Positions 47,611-61,212 of a stretch of DNA of 64,000 bases are shown here, piece by piece (positions within the stretch are counted from its first letter, which is position 1; the number at the start of each line of letters is the position of its first letter). A program made the translations under genes and the position numbers. Below the pieces are notes generated by a model. That model was not told the DNA's origin. It ran no database searches and was given only the letters and a program-made list of their open reading frames with translations. This stretch comes from Zygnema circumcarinatum SAG 698-1b (lineage: Eukaryota; Plantae; Zygnematophyceae), in the NCBI GenBank assembly GCA_037447605.1, contig CM074813.1, forward strand, positions 1,674,001 to 1,738,000, given 5' to 3'.

Positions 47611-50600
47611 ATGGCGAAGAAGAAGGAGAGGGTGAGCTGTTCCTGCATGCAAGGGGAGGGTGGGAGAGGGAAGGGAGAGAGGGAGAGGGAGAAGGGGGGG
47701 GATATGGGAGGCGAGGGAAAGGGAAAGGGAGGGAGGGACAGAGGGAGGAAGTGGGAGGGGATTTAGGGTACAGGGTCATTTGGGGGTTGTGCCGCCCCCC
47801 CGCGTGTATGCATCTGGCTAGTTCTTCCTCCTTTCTCGCACTGCCCCCTGCACTTACCTGTCTGATTTCCCCTTCCTTTCGCCCTCTCTCCCTCCCCCTC
47901 CCTCCCACCTCCCGTGCTCATGCGTTGGGGTGGGTGGGTGTGTGCAGGGGAAGGAGGGCAGCGTGGTGAAGTACATTACCAGAAACCAGGCCCTGCACCG
48001 CCTGCAGATAAAGCTGCCGGAATTCAGGTGAATTGCCGCCGACCTATATTTTTAAGACCTTTAGTATCGACTTTGTTCCTTTCTTTCTCCTGACATTTAA
48101 AAAAACTATAAAACCTTAAACCCCGCTCGTCATTCTCATATCCTCCTTATTCCATCTCTATTCTCAAATTTATTTCTGAACCAGACTGTAACCTCGATAT
48201 TCCAGTTTAAATTGAGTTTAGTGTAGTTTTGACATTGATCTAGTCTTGAATTCAATACTTTGTTCGTGACTTAATCCTGACTCTCCTTCTTACTTTGACC
48301 CTTAATCTCTACCTTTACCTTTCTTTCCGATTTCAGTCTGAATTATGACATTGATCCAACCCTCACTTAGCCTCTACTTCTACTTGAACCTTTTCTATAT
48401 CCTTCTTGTCACTCGCAACTCAAGCCTTGGCTTGCCCTTAGTCCTAGTTAATCCTCCCTACACTTCATTCCGTACCTGTGAATGTAAGCTTGGTTTCACT
48501 TGCATTCCAAGACGTGGGTGCATACTAGTCCTCTTCCCCCTCCCTGCCGTCCGTTCTATGTCACGCATATCTCTCTCCTTCCTCCCCGATGTCCACCTTA
48601 TTCCTCTCCGTCCCTCTCTCTCTGTGCATCTCTCTCCTTCCCTCCTAACTTACTCCTTCGCTCTCCCTTTCTCTGTCTAGCGATGTTCATTTTGGTTCTC
48701 ATTCTTGTCCACTTTCAGTCTCCCTCGTCCGGCCTTTTCTCTCCCCTGATCTCTCTTCGCTCTCCCTTTGCCTCTCAGCCTGTCTGACTCGTAACTGACA
48801 ATTCTGGACATGGTGGGCTGTAGACGGCTCTGCATTCTCAAAGGCATTCATCCGCGAGAGCCGAAGAAGAAAGTTCACGGCCACAATAAGACTTATTACC
48901 ACATAAAAGATATCAATTTCCTCCTTCACGAACCACTTTTGGAATCGGGCAGGTAAACTTTTCGCGAGCCCATGTCCTTCGGTAATTGCTCTCTGATGCT
49001 TTACTGTGTCTAGGGGGGCCGAGAGCTGCTGTTCTGTACTCTTGAGTTTGATTTTGTTGCGTTGAACGGATTTGGCGCATGTAGAGACTTGAAGGTGCAC
49101 AACAAGAAGGTGAAGAAGGCGAAAGCAAAGCTTGACAAGGGCCTTCTCGAACGGTTACGGAATAATCCGCCGGAGTACACTCTCGACCATTTGGTGAAGG
49201 AGAGGTGAGAGCGGAACACTCCCTCCCTCCCTCCCTCCCTCCCTTCCACTTTTTCCCCTGTCAGTCTTCCCCTCCTCCGTCTCTCACCTTTCTCACTCTC
49301 TTTCCCTCCCCACTCATTTTCCGCCCTCTCCCTCGCTATCGGCATCAACCTCACTCTTGGCTCTTTCTGCCTCTCACGTTCTCTCCTTCCCTCTCCGCCC
49401 CTTTTCAACCTCACTCTCTTTCACTGTTCCTCAACCTCTTCTTCCTCTTCTTTTGCCCTCGGGATTTGGCTGTGCAGGTATCCGTCTTTCTTGGATGCTA
49501 TCCGAGATTTGGATGATGCTCTCACTTTGGTTCATCTCTTTGCAACTTTGCCGGCCGGCACTATGCACAAAATCCCTGCAGACCGCGTTCATAATGCTCG
49601 AAGGTGTGTCTCGCCTACAAATAACTTTGAAGCTGCGTTCACGTTGCAGGAGGAGCTTTTGCTTTAAAGGATAGGTTTCAGAGTTTGATAAGTCTGCTAC
49701 TTTAGATTCTATGACGTGGGAAGCTGCTTGAAGAGAGAATAGGGTGTGTGCGAAGGGTAGGGGGACAGTAAAGGGACATGTTTGGACTGCATTCAAGCAT
49801 ACTTGCTTGCTCATGGAGAGCGTTTTTCTTGCTTTTGAATTCAGGCTAAGTCTTGAATGGCAAGCGTACGTGAGCCGCACTTTCAGCCTTCGGAAAGTCT
49901 TTGTTTCGGTGAAGGGCGTGTACTTCCAGGTTGGTATCTGCCTTTGCAGAGAGCAGGAAGGAAAGCAGAAAGAATAGCCGCAACTCTGAGATGCACAAAC
50001 TTTTGTCTCGTCTTCTATACTGTAACCATGTGCAAGCGACAAGTTTCGTGACGTGACGTGACGTGATGCTATATCGCATGTTATTGCTTCTAGATGCTTC
50101 CCGGATGGTGCATGCTTCCGGGAAGTCTCCGAGAAGCATCGTGGAAGCTTCTTGCCAATGAAAGTCGAGTTGGGAGGAGAGGGGAGCAGGCAGAAGTGTG
50201 GGCGCAGAAGGTGACGTGGCTGGTGCCGCACCCGCTCAGCCAATCAGTGCCCTCTGACGTGGACTTCCGCGTGATGCTCACATTTCTCGAATTTTATGAG
50301 GTGGGCTGCATGGAACGCCAAGGCTCCGTTACAGGGGACACAGTTCAGGCATAGAAGAGGGATAGCTGGAAGCGGTCCAAGGTGGAGGGTGGGGCGTAGT
50401 TGGAATATCAGATTCGTTAAAAACCGGAGACTGACTGATGGTCGAAATTTTAGGAAGTTTGAAAGTCCTGAAACCCTTGAAAGTTGGGAAACGTAAGATT
50501 CTGGTTCTAAGAACCGTCTAAGGATGTAGAAAACTTAGTGAACACAAAACTCTAGAACCTTCCCTCGAGGACCTTTTTTTGCCCCAAAACTTTTGAAGTG

Positions 50601-51609
50601 CACTTATGGCCCAAAGAAACTATGGATGCGAATTCCATGGAAGCAATAGGTGCCTCCGTTACTCAATGATATGAACAGAATGGTTCTGACATCTTAAGAA
50701 TGCTAGAAACCCTCAAAATATCCAAATGACCCTCGAAGTCCTTGTAAAGGCATGCATGCGGAATTCATAGCCTAAACAAGCAACAAAAACTCGCAAAAAA
50801 AAAAAAAAAAAGAGTAAAATAGTAGTTTAGTTTCTGAAGGGAAAATCACGTGGTATGAAACATTGTGCTGCAGACCCTTCTGAACTTCACCAACTTCAAA
50901 CTCTACCACGAGATAGGGTTGGCATATCCCCCCGCGCTCGACCAGCGGCTCGAGGCAGCAGCAGAAGGTGGGCCTTTGAATATTTTTTAGGTTTAGTCTT
51001 CCAGCACTCGCTTCTGCCATTCATCCTCTTCCCTCCTTTCCTCCTTTCCATTTCTCTGTGCATCCCTCACCTTCTATCCATACCCTATCTCCCTCCGTGC
51101 AAATGCTTTTCTCCCTCCCCTCTTTCCTCCCTCCCTCCCTCCCTCCGCCCCTCTTTTATCTCCCTCACCTCCCTTCCACCTTTCTCATCCGTTTGCCTTT
51201 CTCCATATTGCTCCCTCCATGCATCTCCCTCTTGCTTCTTTCCCAATCTTTCTCCACCTTCCTTCGTTTCTCTCTGTCTCCCCTCCCTCTCCCTTCCCTC
51301 CTCTGTTCCCAGATATGTTCAAACAACGTAAAAAGCTGTATGAAAGTTCCGTACAACCCAGATAGTCAACATTGGTCATTATTGCACTGCTCCTTCCCGG
51401 TAGAACCTGCAGATCAGTTCCAGTATGTTCCACCCCTCTCTATGTCAATAACTGAATGACATAGAACGGTTCGCTGCATGGCTCGAGGGGCCGTCAGCTC
51501 CCTTGCCAGCCATTTTGTCCTTTCTGGACGTGTTTGCTGACGTCACGACCTAAACTATGTTCATGTCGGATGGGGCATGCAACATAACGGAACTCCATTT
51601 CTATGTGCG

Positions 51610-51644
<35 letters not shown>

Positions 51645-54384
51645 GAACTCTATGCCATGATGAGGGGCCTCGCCGCGAAGGCGAAGGAGGAGGAGGCGAA
51701 GGAGAGGAAGCAAGTGGGAGAGGGGGGGGCGCTGGAGAACGGAGTGGGGAGGGAGGGAGAGGAGGTGGCGGCGGCGCAGGGTGAGAGAGAGAAGAGAGAG
51801 GGAGAGAGCCGCGAGCTTGAGCATGCGGACACGGCTGTGCGACTAGCCTCCCTTCAAAGCAGGCTGTCGGCGATGCAGAGTTTGCAGCGAGAGGCGGGGG
51901 GGGGTGAGAGCATGGAGACGGAGGGAGGGGCAGAGGGAGAGGAGGGGATGAGGGTGGGAGAGGGAGGAGAGGTGGAGGATGAGGAGACGTGCAAGTGTCG
52001 GGGCCTTTTCAAGGATGCTGTGTTCTTTCTAGCGCGAGAGGTGCCTGATCTCTCTCTCTCCCTCTCTCCCTCTCTCTCTCTCTCTCTCGTTCTCTCTCGT
52101 CCTGCCGCCCCTCCCCCTTACTCTAAAACCCTGAATTCTTCATAAGGAATAATTGCAGGTGCCTCGCGAGTCCCTACTATTTGTCATCCGTTCATTCGGA
52201 GGGACCGCTTCGTGGGAGGGAGAAGGTGCTCCTTTTGCAGAGAACGACGACTCGATCACGCATCAGGTAGAGAAAGGAAGAGCGTGAAAGTGAGAGATAG
52301 TGAGAGCGAGAGAGAGGAGAGGAGAGGAGAGGAGAGGGGAGGTGGGAGAGAACTTGAAAATTTCAGCCTTAAACCAGAAGAACCCGAAACCTTCAAGGTC
52401 AATTCTTGCCCCGTTCTTGCTGTGAAATAGGTTTATGCGAGATGTAATGACCCCATTGCGTGGTCAGTAAATCACTGCATTTGAAGCTTATTTTTTTACT
52501 TGTTATTTCGAAATCTGATTGTTTGCAGGTCGTGGATCGGCCGAGCCAAAAGCACCGCCACTTGTCGCGAGATTATGTTCAACCTCAATGGGTGTTCGAC
52601 TGTGCCAATACCCGCCTCCTCCTCCCCACGGCGGACTATGGCCCCGGAATGTATGTGCCTCTAGCGAATGCCATGAAACCCTTTTAAGAAAAATATTTTT
52701 TCATTGCTTCCTAAGAATATAATGCTATTGGAAGTCTATTGGCTATGGAAGCATAAACACTTTTAAAGGGTGGTCGATCGGAGAGGGAGGGAAGGGTGGA
52801 AGGTAGGAATTTGTGAAGGGAGGAAGAAAAATGGGAGGGTAAAGGGCTCCTCAAGTTCTTGTTTTGGCATCGTCAGCTGTTGAACATGTAGTGTCGCAAA
52901 AGATGTGAACAATTGCTTTCTTTCTTCTTTCCTTCACTGTTGTTTCTTTTTCTCCTCATTCCTTTCCTCGTTTGCCTTTCCTCTATTTCCTCTCGATATT
53001 TTCCTCTACTCTCCACCTGCCCTCCTACCCCCATGCCTGCCTCCTCTATACCTCCTTCTCCCTCCCTTCCTCCCTCCCTCCCTCCTTGCAGCGTTCCCCC
53101 TCCCCACCTCTCTCCCTTTGTGGACAACGAGGCGGAGGGCTACACTCCCGAGTATGCTGCGGCCATCGAACAGATGCGCAGCGCGCCGGATGGGGGAGGG
53201 TTGGCGCTGGGAGGGGGAGAGGGAGAGGGAGGGGGGGAGGGAGAGGGAGAGGGAGAGAGAGAGGAGAGGGAGGGGGCGCGGGTGGCGGCTGTACTGCGAA
53301 CTGAGGACGCGGCCGCGGCTGCTCGCATGGCGGAGGTGAGGAGAGCACTTCTGAGCTTTAAGAGGATTGAGATTCCTCGGGTATTGAAGAGGCTTCTTTC
53401 TCTCCCTCCCCTCACTCGCTCTCTCTCTCTCTCTGTCTCTCTGCCTCTTTCTTTCTCTCTCTCTCTCTTCCCCTCTCTTGCTCTCTCTCTCTCTCTCGTA
53501 TGTGACAGGTGGAAGCGCAGGAGCGGGCATATTCAGAGGACCTCGCGAAGGAGGTTGCCGGGGTCCCCTACTCGGCATCTATGCAGACTGTCACGGCTAT
53601 GGTGGAAGGTGACGAGGGAGAGGGAGAGGGAGAGGGTGAGGGAGAGGGAGAGGAGAGAAGAACTCCTGCAGACAAGGAGGCTCCCAAGGAGGCGGGAGTG
53701 AGGCCGGTAAAGAGAGACGCAGAGGAGGAGGCAGCCATGGCTCAAGTGATGATGCCGAGGAAGAAGAAGAAACTCTATGAAGCCATGCAGGTGGGGCTCA
53801 GACCGGACTCGAGGGTGGCTAGGATGCTAAACGGTTTTGTTTTGGGGTTCAAAGTTTTGGGTTTAAATTTCATGGTTGGGTTTTAAATCTTTGTTTTACT
53901 TGGGTTCTGATTCGGCTTTTGGCTCTTCAGGTTGTGGGCTTTTTTTTTGTTCGTTGTGAGCCTTTGGCCTTGGTGTGTTACAAATATGTTCAAGATTTTA
54001 AGGCGTTCGGAGATTTTAAAATTGTTTTGTGTTTCTTAAGTATTTGTTAGATGACGTACTCTCTCTGTTCTTGGGATTCTAGGGTTTGGGTGTCGTTTTG
54101 GAAGGTCCCAAAAATTACAGGTTTTAGGTAGTAGTTCGTTAACTGTCGTCTATGCGTGTGTTTTAGGAATTCCTAATAGGAATTCCTGTGGGTTGTTAGG
54201 GTTGGAATTTTCGATTTCTGAACCCTAAGCCCTAACCCGTGATACCTGAACTGTTTCTCTGAACCCTTCCTCTCCTTTCCGTCCTTTGCAGATGGGGAAA
54301 GCGAAGAAGCGTGCGGAGGTGGAGCTGTTGGAGGAGAGGAAAAGGAGGGCGACTTTAGAGGGGGGGAAAAAACGGAAACAGTAG
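47611..54384 (+). CDS. PES1: Pescadillo homolog (PeBoW complex, BRCT domain)
   Basis: 14 exons: MAKKKER|[137 protein letters not shown] at 54382-54384. Confidence 0.96.
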
Positions 54385-54977
54385 GAGGAGCTTATCTATG
54401 TGAAAGAATGGTCTGGCTTTGTTCTATTTTCAAATGTAACCGCGCTGGTTGATAATGGATGTGTCAGAGCCTTTATGGATGTTTGAGAAAAAATAATGGA
54501 CTAAGTTGATATAAAAAAGACTTAAAAACATGTTTTTTGGGTTTAATGACATTAAACCTAACTGTTTCAATTCGCATGCATCCTCTTTTTTTGACGTGCT
54601 AGAACCCTAAAAATTCCTAAAGCCCTAAAAGCCCGCATGTCTCCTCATACAGCTCACAAATGGGCTGAAGACGATTGATTAGAAAGAATGAAAAAATTGG
54701 ATTTCAGGTACTTCCTTGCGCCTATATTCGTCTATTTGCTCGTATTGGAGAATTCTCAACCCTAAATTAAACCTTATAAAATTTACGTCTTTCGACTCGG
54801 CGTACAACATTATGCCGACGCCATGGAAATGGCTCCGCTTATGGAGAGAAAGTACTAGAAATCTCTTCAGAAGACTCTCACCTTCATATCAATCAAACTA
54901 TTATTGTACATAGAAATCACGCACGTTCTTCTTCTCTTCTTTCCCGCACCCTTTCTTTCCCTCCCCCAAAAAAGTTC

Positions 54978-57900
54978 TCAAGAATCCGAGACAAGATTTT
55001 GGTTTGTGGCCTTAAACCTGCCCGTTGCCTCTTGCCAGGGCAAAATCTTTTCGACCAAAGACAGCACCTCCGAAACATTTACGCTCAGAGGACTCGTAAA
55101 ATTTCCCTTTCCAAGCAAAAGGTAAAAGTCGAGTCCGCACCTATCTGACATGTATTGATAGCAAGGATTGGCCAACTCGTGGGGTCTAATTTCGAGCACT
55201 GCCGCTCGGGCAGGCATGAACATGAGGTTGGTCATGCCCGCTCCATGTGGCCCAAGGTACAGTACCGTTCGACGGAACAGCTGTTGCGTGTCAGTTACAG
55301 TTAGGTTCCCCCAAAAACTGGTAACGGATTGTGGCCCGTATCGCTGTTCCAGGGCCGCCGTGAGGTCCTCCTGTTCGATGAGGGCCCTTTGTTGGCCCTT
55401 CTCTCGCCGGCCCACAACGATGGTCCAATTGCTGAGCTGCCGTGCTCGACCCAAGAGAGAGGGATCGTCCCTGAACCCCCCACATGCAAACAACGAAGGA
55501 CTTGAATCAGTATATCTCGGTTTTGAACACTGAAAGGTCACAGAAAAGAAAGGGATTTACTGTAAATGGTTTGTTACATTACTGGTTGGTTATGTGTTTC
55601 TTAGAATCTAAAAGCTTTTTGTAACAAATTCACCAGTTCTTGACCTCCATCGTTCGACTAGGGGTTGAACTCTAGGCCCTTTGGATCGATCTCTTAATCC
55701 TAAGTCGTATCGAGGAGGTGAGAAAGAGGCAGAGAGAGAGAGAGGGAGAGGGAGAGATAGAGAGAAGAAGAAGAGAGAGAGAGGAGAGTGAGAGAGGAGA
55801 GACCTGCTCTCCCGCAGCTCTCCCACGTGGAACCTCCTCCGCAGCTCCTTGACGGCGGCCCCTGAGGGCTTTCCGCAGAATTGGCGCGCGGGCACGACGA
55901 GCCGCCGCGCGAAGAGGAGGGACCGCCGCTCCGGGACCGCCGCGAGGTTGAGAGGGAGAGGGAGGGAGGGGAGAGGGTTCAGGAGGAGGAGGGGCAGCAC
56001 GCGGGGGAGGGGGCCGCGCAGCTGCCGGCCTTTCACGGCGATCGGGATGTGCTGCAAGGGAGGGAGAGAGGGAGGGAGGGAGATGACGGTGTGAGAGGAG
56101 GGAAGGAGATGACGGTGTGAGAGGAGGGAGGGAGATGACGGTGTGAGGAGGGAGGGAGATGACGGTGTGAGGAGGGAGGGAGATGACGGTGTGAGGAGGG
56201 AGGGAGATGACGGTGTGAGAGGAGGGAGGGAGATGACGGTGTGAGAGGAGGGAGCGAGATGACGGTGTGAGGAGGGAGGGAGATGACGGTGTGAGGAGGG
56301 AGGGAGATGACGGTGTGAGAGGAGGGAGGGAGATGACGGTGTGAGGAGGGAGGGAGATGACGGTGTGAGATGACGGTGTGAGGAGGGAGGGAGATGACGG
56401 TGTGAGGAGGGAGGGAGATGACGGTGTGAGGAGGGAGGGAGATGACGGTGTGAGAGGACGGTGTGAGGAGGGAGGGAGATGACGGTGTGAGAGGAGGGAG
56501 GGAGATGACGGTGTGAGAGGAGGGAGGGAGTGAGAGGAGGGAGGGAGATGACGGTGTGAGAGGAGGGAGGGAGATGACGGTGTGAGAGGAGGGAGCGAGA
56601 TGACGGTGTGAGGAGGGAGGGAGATGACGGTGTGAGAGGAGGGAGAAAGCGGTGGGCGAGATAGAGAGAGATAGAGAAATAGAGCGTGAGAGAGAGGGAG
56701 AGGGAGTCAGGGGGTGGCTATAAGAGGAGGGAGAAATCGGTGGGGATAGACAGAGAGAGAGTGTGGGGAAGAGGGAGGAGGGAGGAGAGGGAGAGAGTGA
56801 GAGAGAGTGGGAGAGTGGGGAGAGTGGGGCGGATAGAAGAAACGAGAGAATAGCAATGAAGTACGAAGAGCGACGAGAGAAACAACGGGTGGGAGGGAGG
56901 GAAAGGGAGATATAACGCGAGAGAAAGAGAGAGGAGAGAATGGAGAGAGGGAGGTGTGGGGTAGGGGGAGAGGGAGTGTACCGGATACTTGCGGATAAGC
57001 TGTTCAAGGGAGAGGAAGTCGGGCAGGGTTTCCGTCATGGTATGGAAGAAGTTCACTCCACTCCATGTCTGGAGAGTCGTCAGCACTTCGAACTTGGTCA
57101 CACTGGACGAGAAGGGCGAGGGGGTAGAACTGTAAATAGCGAGCTTTAATTCCCTGGAGGTTTGGTTTTCAACTGAAGAAGGGTGCGGAATTGGGGTGGA
57201 TTTGGACGAAGAGGGCAAGACTTCAAAGCGAGAAAACCCCTTCGGCCTCTCTCTCCAGCTTGACCCCAACACTCCTTTTTCCTTTGTCACACTCTTTCCG
57301 GAGTCCATAGCCAGCTCTGCTTTTCTAGTTCCCCCCTCTATACCTCTTGCATTCTTTCTCACTGCCTTGCACTCACTCTCGCTTTGCTGTTCTCTCTACC
57401 CGTACCTTCCCCCTTCTCATTTTCTCGTTTTTTCTTACTTTTCGTTTTATTTTTTCGTTTTTCAGAGTCGTTCCTCCCCGCTCGCCTTCTTTCACCATCC
57501 TTGTCTAGATCATTCTCACCTCTCTCTATTCCCTCCTCTCTCTCCTCCTTTTGCTGTCGCGCTCTCTCTACTTTCGACTCCCCTCCTCTCTCTCTGCAAT
57601 TCCCGTTCCCTCTCCCTCCCTCCCATCCCTGTCTCCCTCCCAAGTCCCCTCCCACAGCCCATTGCCATATTCAAGGCCCTTCTGGAAGCGAGCACTGCAT
57701 GTTACTTACAGAGTGGTTTCTTTGGGGAAGACAAAGTTCATGTCCACTAGAGAGGAGCATCCTCCGAAGATGAAGTTGTGGGTGGCGTTGAAGACGTGAC
57801 CTTTAGCGTTGATGTACATGTTCTCCAGCACAAACAGATTACTCTGATACACAATTGAAATGGAAAATCAATATTTAAATTTGAAAATTTCGAAGTTAAA

Positions 57901-59530
57901 CTGCATATTGCCATTAATCAAAGGGCATTTCTCTTGACTCTTCTCATTCTCCGACTAAAACCCTCAACACGGAAAGGCCCACCCCGTACAGTTCCAGTTG
58001 AACTGTACACAGTTGCGTCTCACAGTTCCATGTCCTATACTCTCACCTCAAAAGGCGCCATCACTGTAGTGTTCGCTTTACTTGATTGATTGAAATTCTT
58101 CGGAGGCGTCCCATAGGTCCACGTGTCCACCAAGCTCGGATTGCTGCATTTTGCCACCATGAAGGACTGGGGGTCCTCACATTTCCCAAAATTTGGACAC
58201 GTGGCACCTCCCTGGCAATCCGCCGCCCTCCTCGCCCCGTCTAGGTGGTACGTTTTGTGCAACAACACCTTCTCCATGTTTTCACGCACCATGTCTGTCT
58301 CCAACTTCTCCCACCTCGCGTACGGCTCAGAGGGGACATCACCAAAATCGAAAGGAAGGGGCTCTCCCTTCGTCTGCTTGGTCTCCTCTTTCTTCCCCTG
58401 CTCCGTCTGCTTCTTCTTCCTCTCTCCCTCCTCTCTCTCGCTCTCTTCCTTCTCCTCTCTCTGCTTCTTTTCCGCTCCGTCTCGCCCCTCTTTGGCTTCA
58501 ACACGAACACTGTTTGTTCCGTCCTCGCTTTCTGAAATTCGACCTTTTCTTTCCTCATCAGCGACACTCTCAACATCACTTCCTGCGCTGTTGACATCAT
58601 TTGCTGCGCTCTCAACATCACCAACATCATCTGCATACGCCCCCTCCTTCCCCTTGCTGACGCCGTACCTCCTCCCCCCTCCAGGCTTCTCCTTCGGAGT
58701 TCGAATCTGAATTCTCACATCCGTGAACTCGTTGCTCCCTTCCACCATAGTTCGCACGCTCCAAGTCGGCCTCCTAACCTCGCTCTCTCCCTCCCTCATC
58801 TCCACCTTCCCAACCTCCTCTCTCTCTTCCGTTCTCTCTCCCTTTCCCTCTCCCACTCCCTCGCCACCTCCCGCCTCCCGTTGCCCTCCCGCGCTCTCTC
58901 CCTCTGCCTCTCCCACTCCCCCTCCCCCTCCCTCTCGCCCTCCCATTATGAGCTCCCGTTCCTCATCTCTCCTCTCCCCTTCTTCCTCCTCTCTCTTTTC
59001 TTCCAGCTGCCGCCTTCCCATCACCGCCGCAACATTATTATTTAAACTATTTTCATTTTTATTATCCAAAACTATATTCGCAGAAGTTAGTTCGGAATTG
59101 TCAATAGCTGCAGTTGTTGCGAGCACCAAATGGTTCGGCTGCGTGGCGATGATGTGCTGGTCGACCTGCATCACCCCCCTCGTCACGTCACGCTTCTGTG
59201 CATCACCTCGCAATGCGGTCCTCAAATTTCCAGCTTTACATTTTTGGATCGACTAAAAAAAGAAAACGAGAAAACCGTTTTGAGTAAATCGCGTTAAAAA
59301 AACAATAATAATTTGAAACTCACCAAATCGGCGGGGCGGTAAAGGTGGAGGAGTTCGCCTCTGTACACGCCTTTGCGGTTGTTCAAGAGCAGGTCGCCCC
59401 CGACAAAAATCACCATCATGCCCCAAAACAGGACCTGCGCCTCGAAAGAAATATTTTAAGTTCGATGCGATTCCCTCCCAAATTAAAACCCTCCACGCCA
59501 AAATTAACAGCTTATCCCACATACATATAC

Positions 59531-59574
<44 letters not shown>

Positions 59575-59776
59575 ATATATATATTTACCAGCGGCCCCCC
59601 CCCTCCCCCACCTGCAGCAGCCCCGAGAGCAGGCAGCCCCCGCCCTTCCTCCGGCCCTCCTCCGCCCGCGCGGCCCCAACCAGCGCGCGCCAGCTGGCGG
59701 CCCGCCCCATGCCGCGCTGCTCCGCTGCCAGTGGCCGCGCGGGCCCGCGCTCCTCCCTCGTCCTCAGCACCCACAT
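54978..59776 (-). CDS. Glycosyltransferase family 61 (DUF563) type II membrane protein
   Basis: Exons 59776-59609, ~59418-59324 (TM: VLFWGMMVIFVGG), ~59252-58045 (long acidic stem), ~57846-57710, ~57102-56982 (NFFHTMTETLP), ~56052-55804, 55470-54978 (GPHGAGMTNLMFMPARAAVLEI, the GT61 HGAG-x-T-N motif). Splice phases are consistent. Confidence 0.85.
56080..56645. repeat. Intronic minisatellite, 24/26-bp unit, about 23 copies
   Basis: GAGATGACGGTGTGA(GA)GGAGGGAGG repeated with a near-invariant core. Confidence 0.95.
59520..59585. repeat. (AT)n microsatellite
   Basis: AT run in the first intron of the GT61 gene. Confidence 0.9.
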
Positions 59777-61071
59777 GGCCCGCTGGGGGGCGGCAGGCAG
59801 AGAGAGAGGGAGAGGGAGGGGGAGAGAGAGAGAGGGAGAGCGAGGGAGAGAGAGAGAGGGAGAGGGAGAGAGAGAGAGAGGGGCAGAGAGAAGGTGAGAG
59901 AGGGAGAGGAAGAAAGAGAGGGAGAGGGAGGGATGGGCAGAGTGGCAGAGGGCGAGAAATGGGCGCGCATGGGGGCCGGCGGCATGCCTATGTACTCCCT
60001 CCCCATGGCCATGGCCACATGGCGGCCCATTAGGGGGGGGGGGGCAATGGACACGGGCGGGGCCGGGGGGACGTGCGGCGGTTGGGAGGGCTCGCTGAAA
60101 CGACAAATCTCTGCTGTCCGAAAGGGGAAGCGCAGAGTGCGGAGAGGCGGACGCGTGGCAGCGGCCGCTGATGGCGCCAAAGGGACTGGGCGGCAGCGAG
60201 GACGGTTGCGGAGGGTGGCTTTTGTCGCGACGGGAATGGTTTTCGGTTGTAATATCGTTACGAAACAAACGATTTTTTTTTGGGGACCTAGAAAAAAAAA
60301 GGGTGCGAAAAAATATTACACTATTATACAATCAGATTTGTACGAAAAAATGTACGGACGGCATAAGTGGCGAGAAGGGCCGCCAACCATTGGACAAAGT
60401 CGAACCGCCTCAGCGTGACGTGACACAACATGACATGGCATGGCGTCATCCCCAAAAGTTTTAAAAGCTGATTTTTTTTGTTTTTTTGGGTCGGGCCAAC
60501 TTTAGAAAGTCGAAAAAAGGAATTTCGCGGCCGTCGCTAGCGAGGCCGGTTGTTGCGAGATTCTTGGGCGGCACAGGATCTGCTGGGCGGAGGATTTTGG
60601 CGGATCTACGCACACGTGGCGGGCCCTGATTCTGTTTGGATTCGAAAGTGCGCCAGATTCTCTCTAACGACAAACATCTGATGATTATGCACGACAGTCG
60701 AGAGACTGTCTGTTAGTAAAAAGACAGATCTCGGGGAGGGTCAGTGGAGAATGATTTGTCGTTTCCGAGCGTCAGCGCGCATTGACTGGCTGCCGCCACG
60801 TTTTCCGGTCGGGCGCTTTCCACCAACCAATCGTAACCGCCCATTAAATGTGCAATTTCACGGAAAAAAAATAGTAGATACTATTTAATTTTCCCAAATA
60901 CGCGGAGCCAATGGAGTTGCAGCACCGCAGTCCTACGTGGCGCGTTCCTTTCCAGGCTCCATTTACTCCTGTGCCCAGCCCGCAAGACGACAAACAGAGC
61001 GGAGAGGCCCCCGGCCGGCAGGAGGCGGCGGTTCCATGTGGCACGGGACCGCGGTCAAAACTGACGACTCA

Positions 61072-61212
61072 CAGTCCTGCACATCGGACCGTTGGATCGG
61101 CAACCATTGGATGGCAAAGGTTGCGAGCCATTGGCAATGGTTGGCTAGCTCGCAATTCAATGGTTCGCAACCATCGCAATGGTTGATCCAATGGTCCGAC
61201 TTGTGCAGTACT
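61072..61212. repeat. Fold-back dispersed repeat, copy 2
   Basis: CAGTCCTGCACATCGGACCGTTGGATCGGCAACCATTGG...CCAATGGTCCGACTTGTGCAGTACTG; homologous to 16750-16949. Confidence 0.8.

Noticed and set aside
50093-50140. Small nested hairpin GATGCTTCCCGGA...TCCGGGAAG...GAAGCATC in a PES intron
   Set aside because: Short, interrupted arms, single copy, no TSD; too small for a MITE or pre-miRNA.
60693-60716. GACAGTC-GAGA-GACTGTC hairpin as a possible Helitron 3' end
   Set aside because: It is followed by TGTTAG rather than a CTRR terminus at the usual distance, and no 5' TC end or captured fragments were identified.
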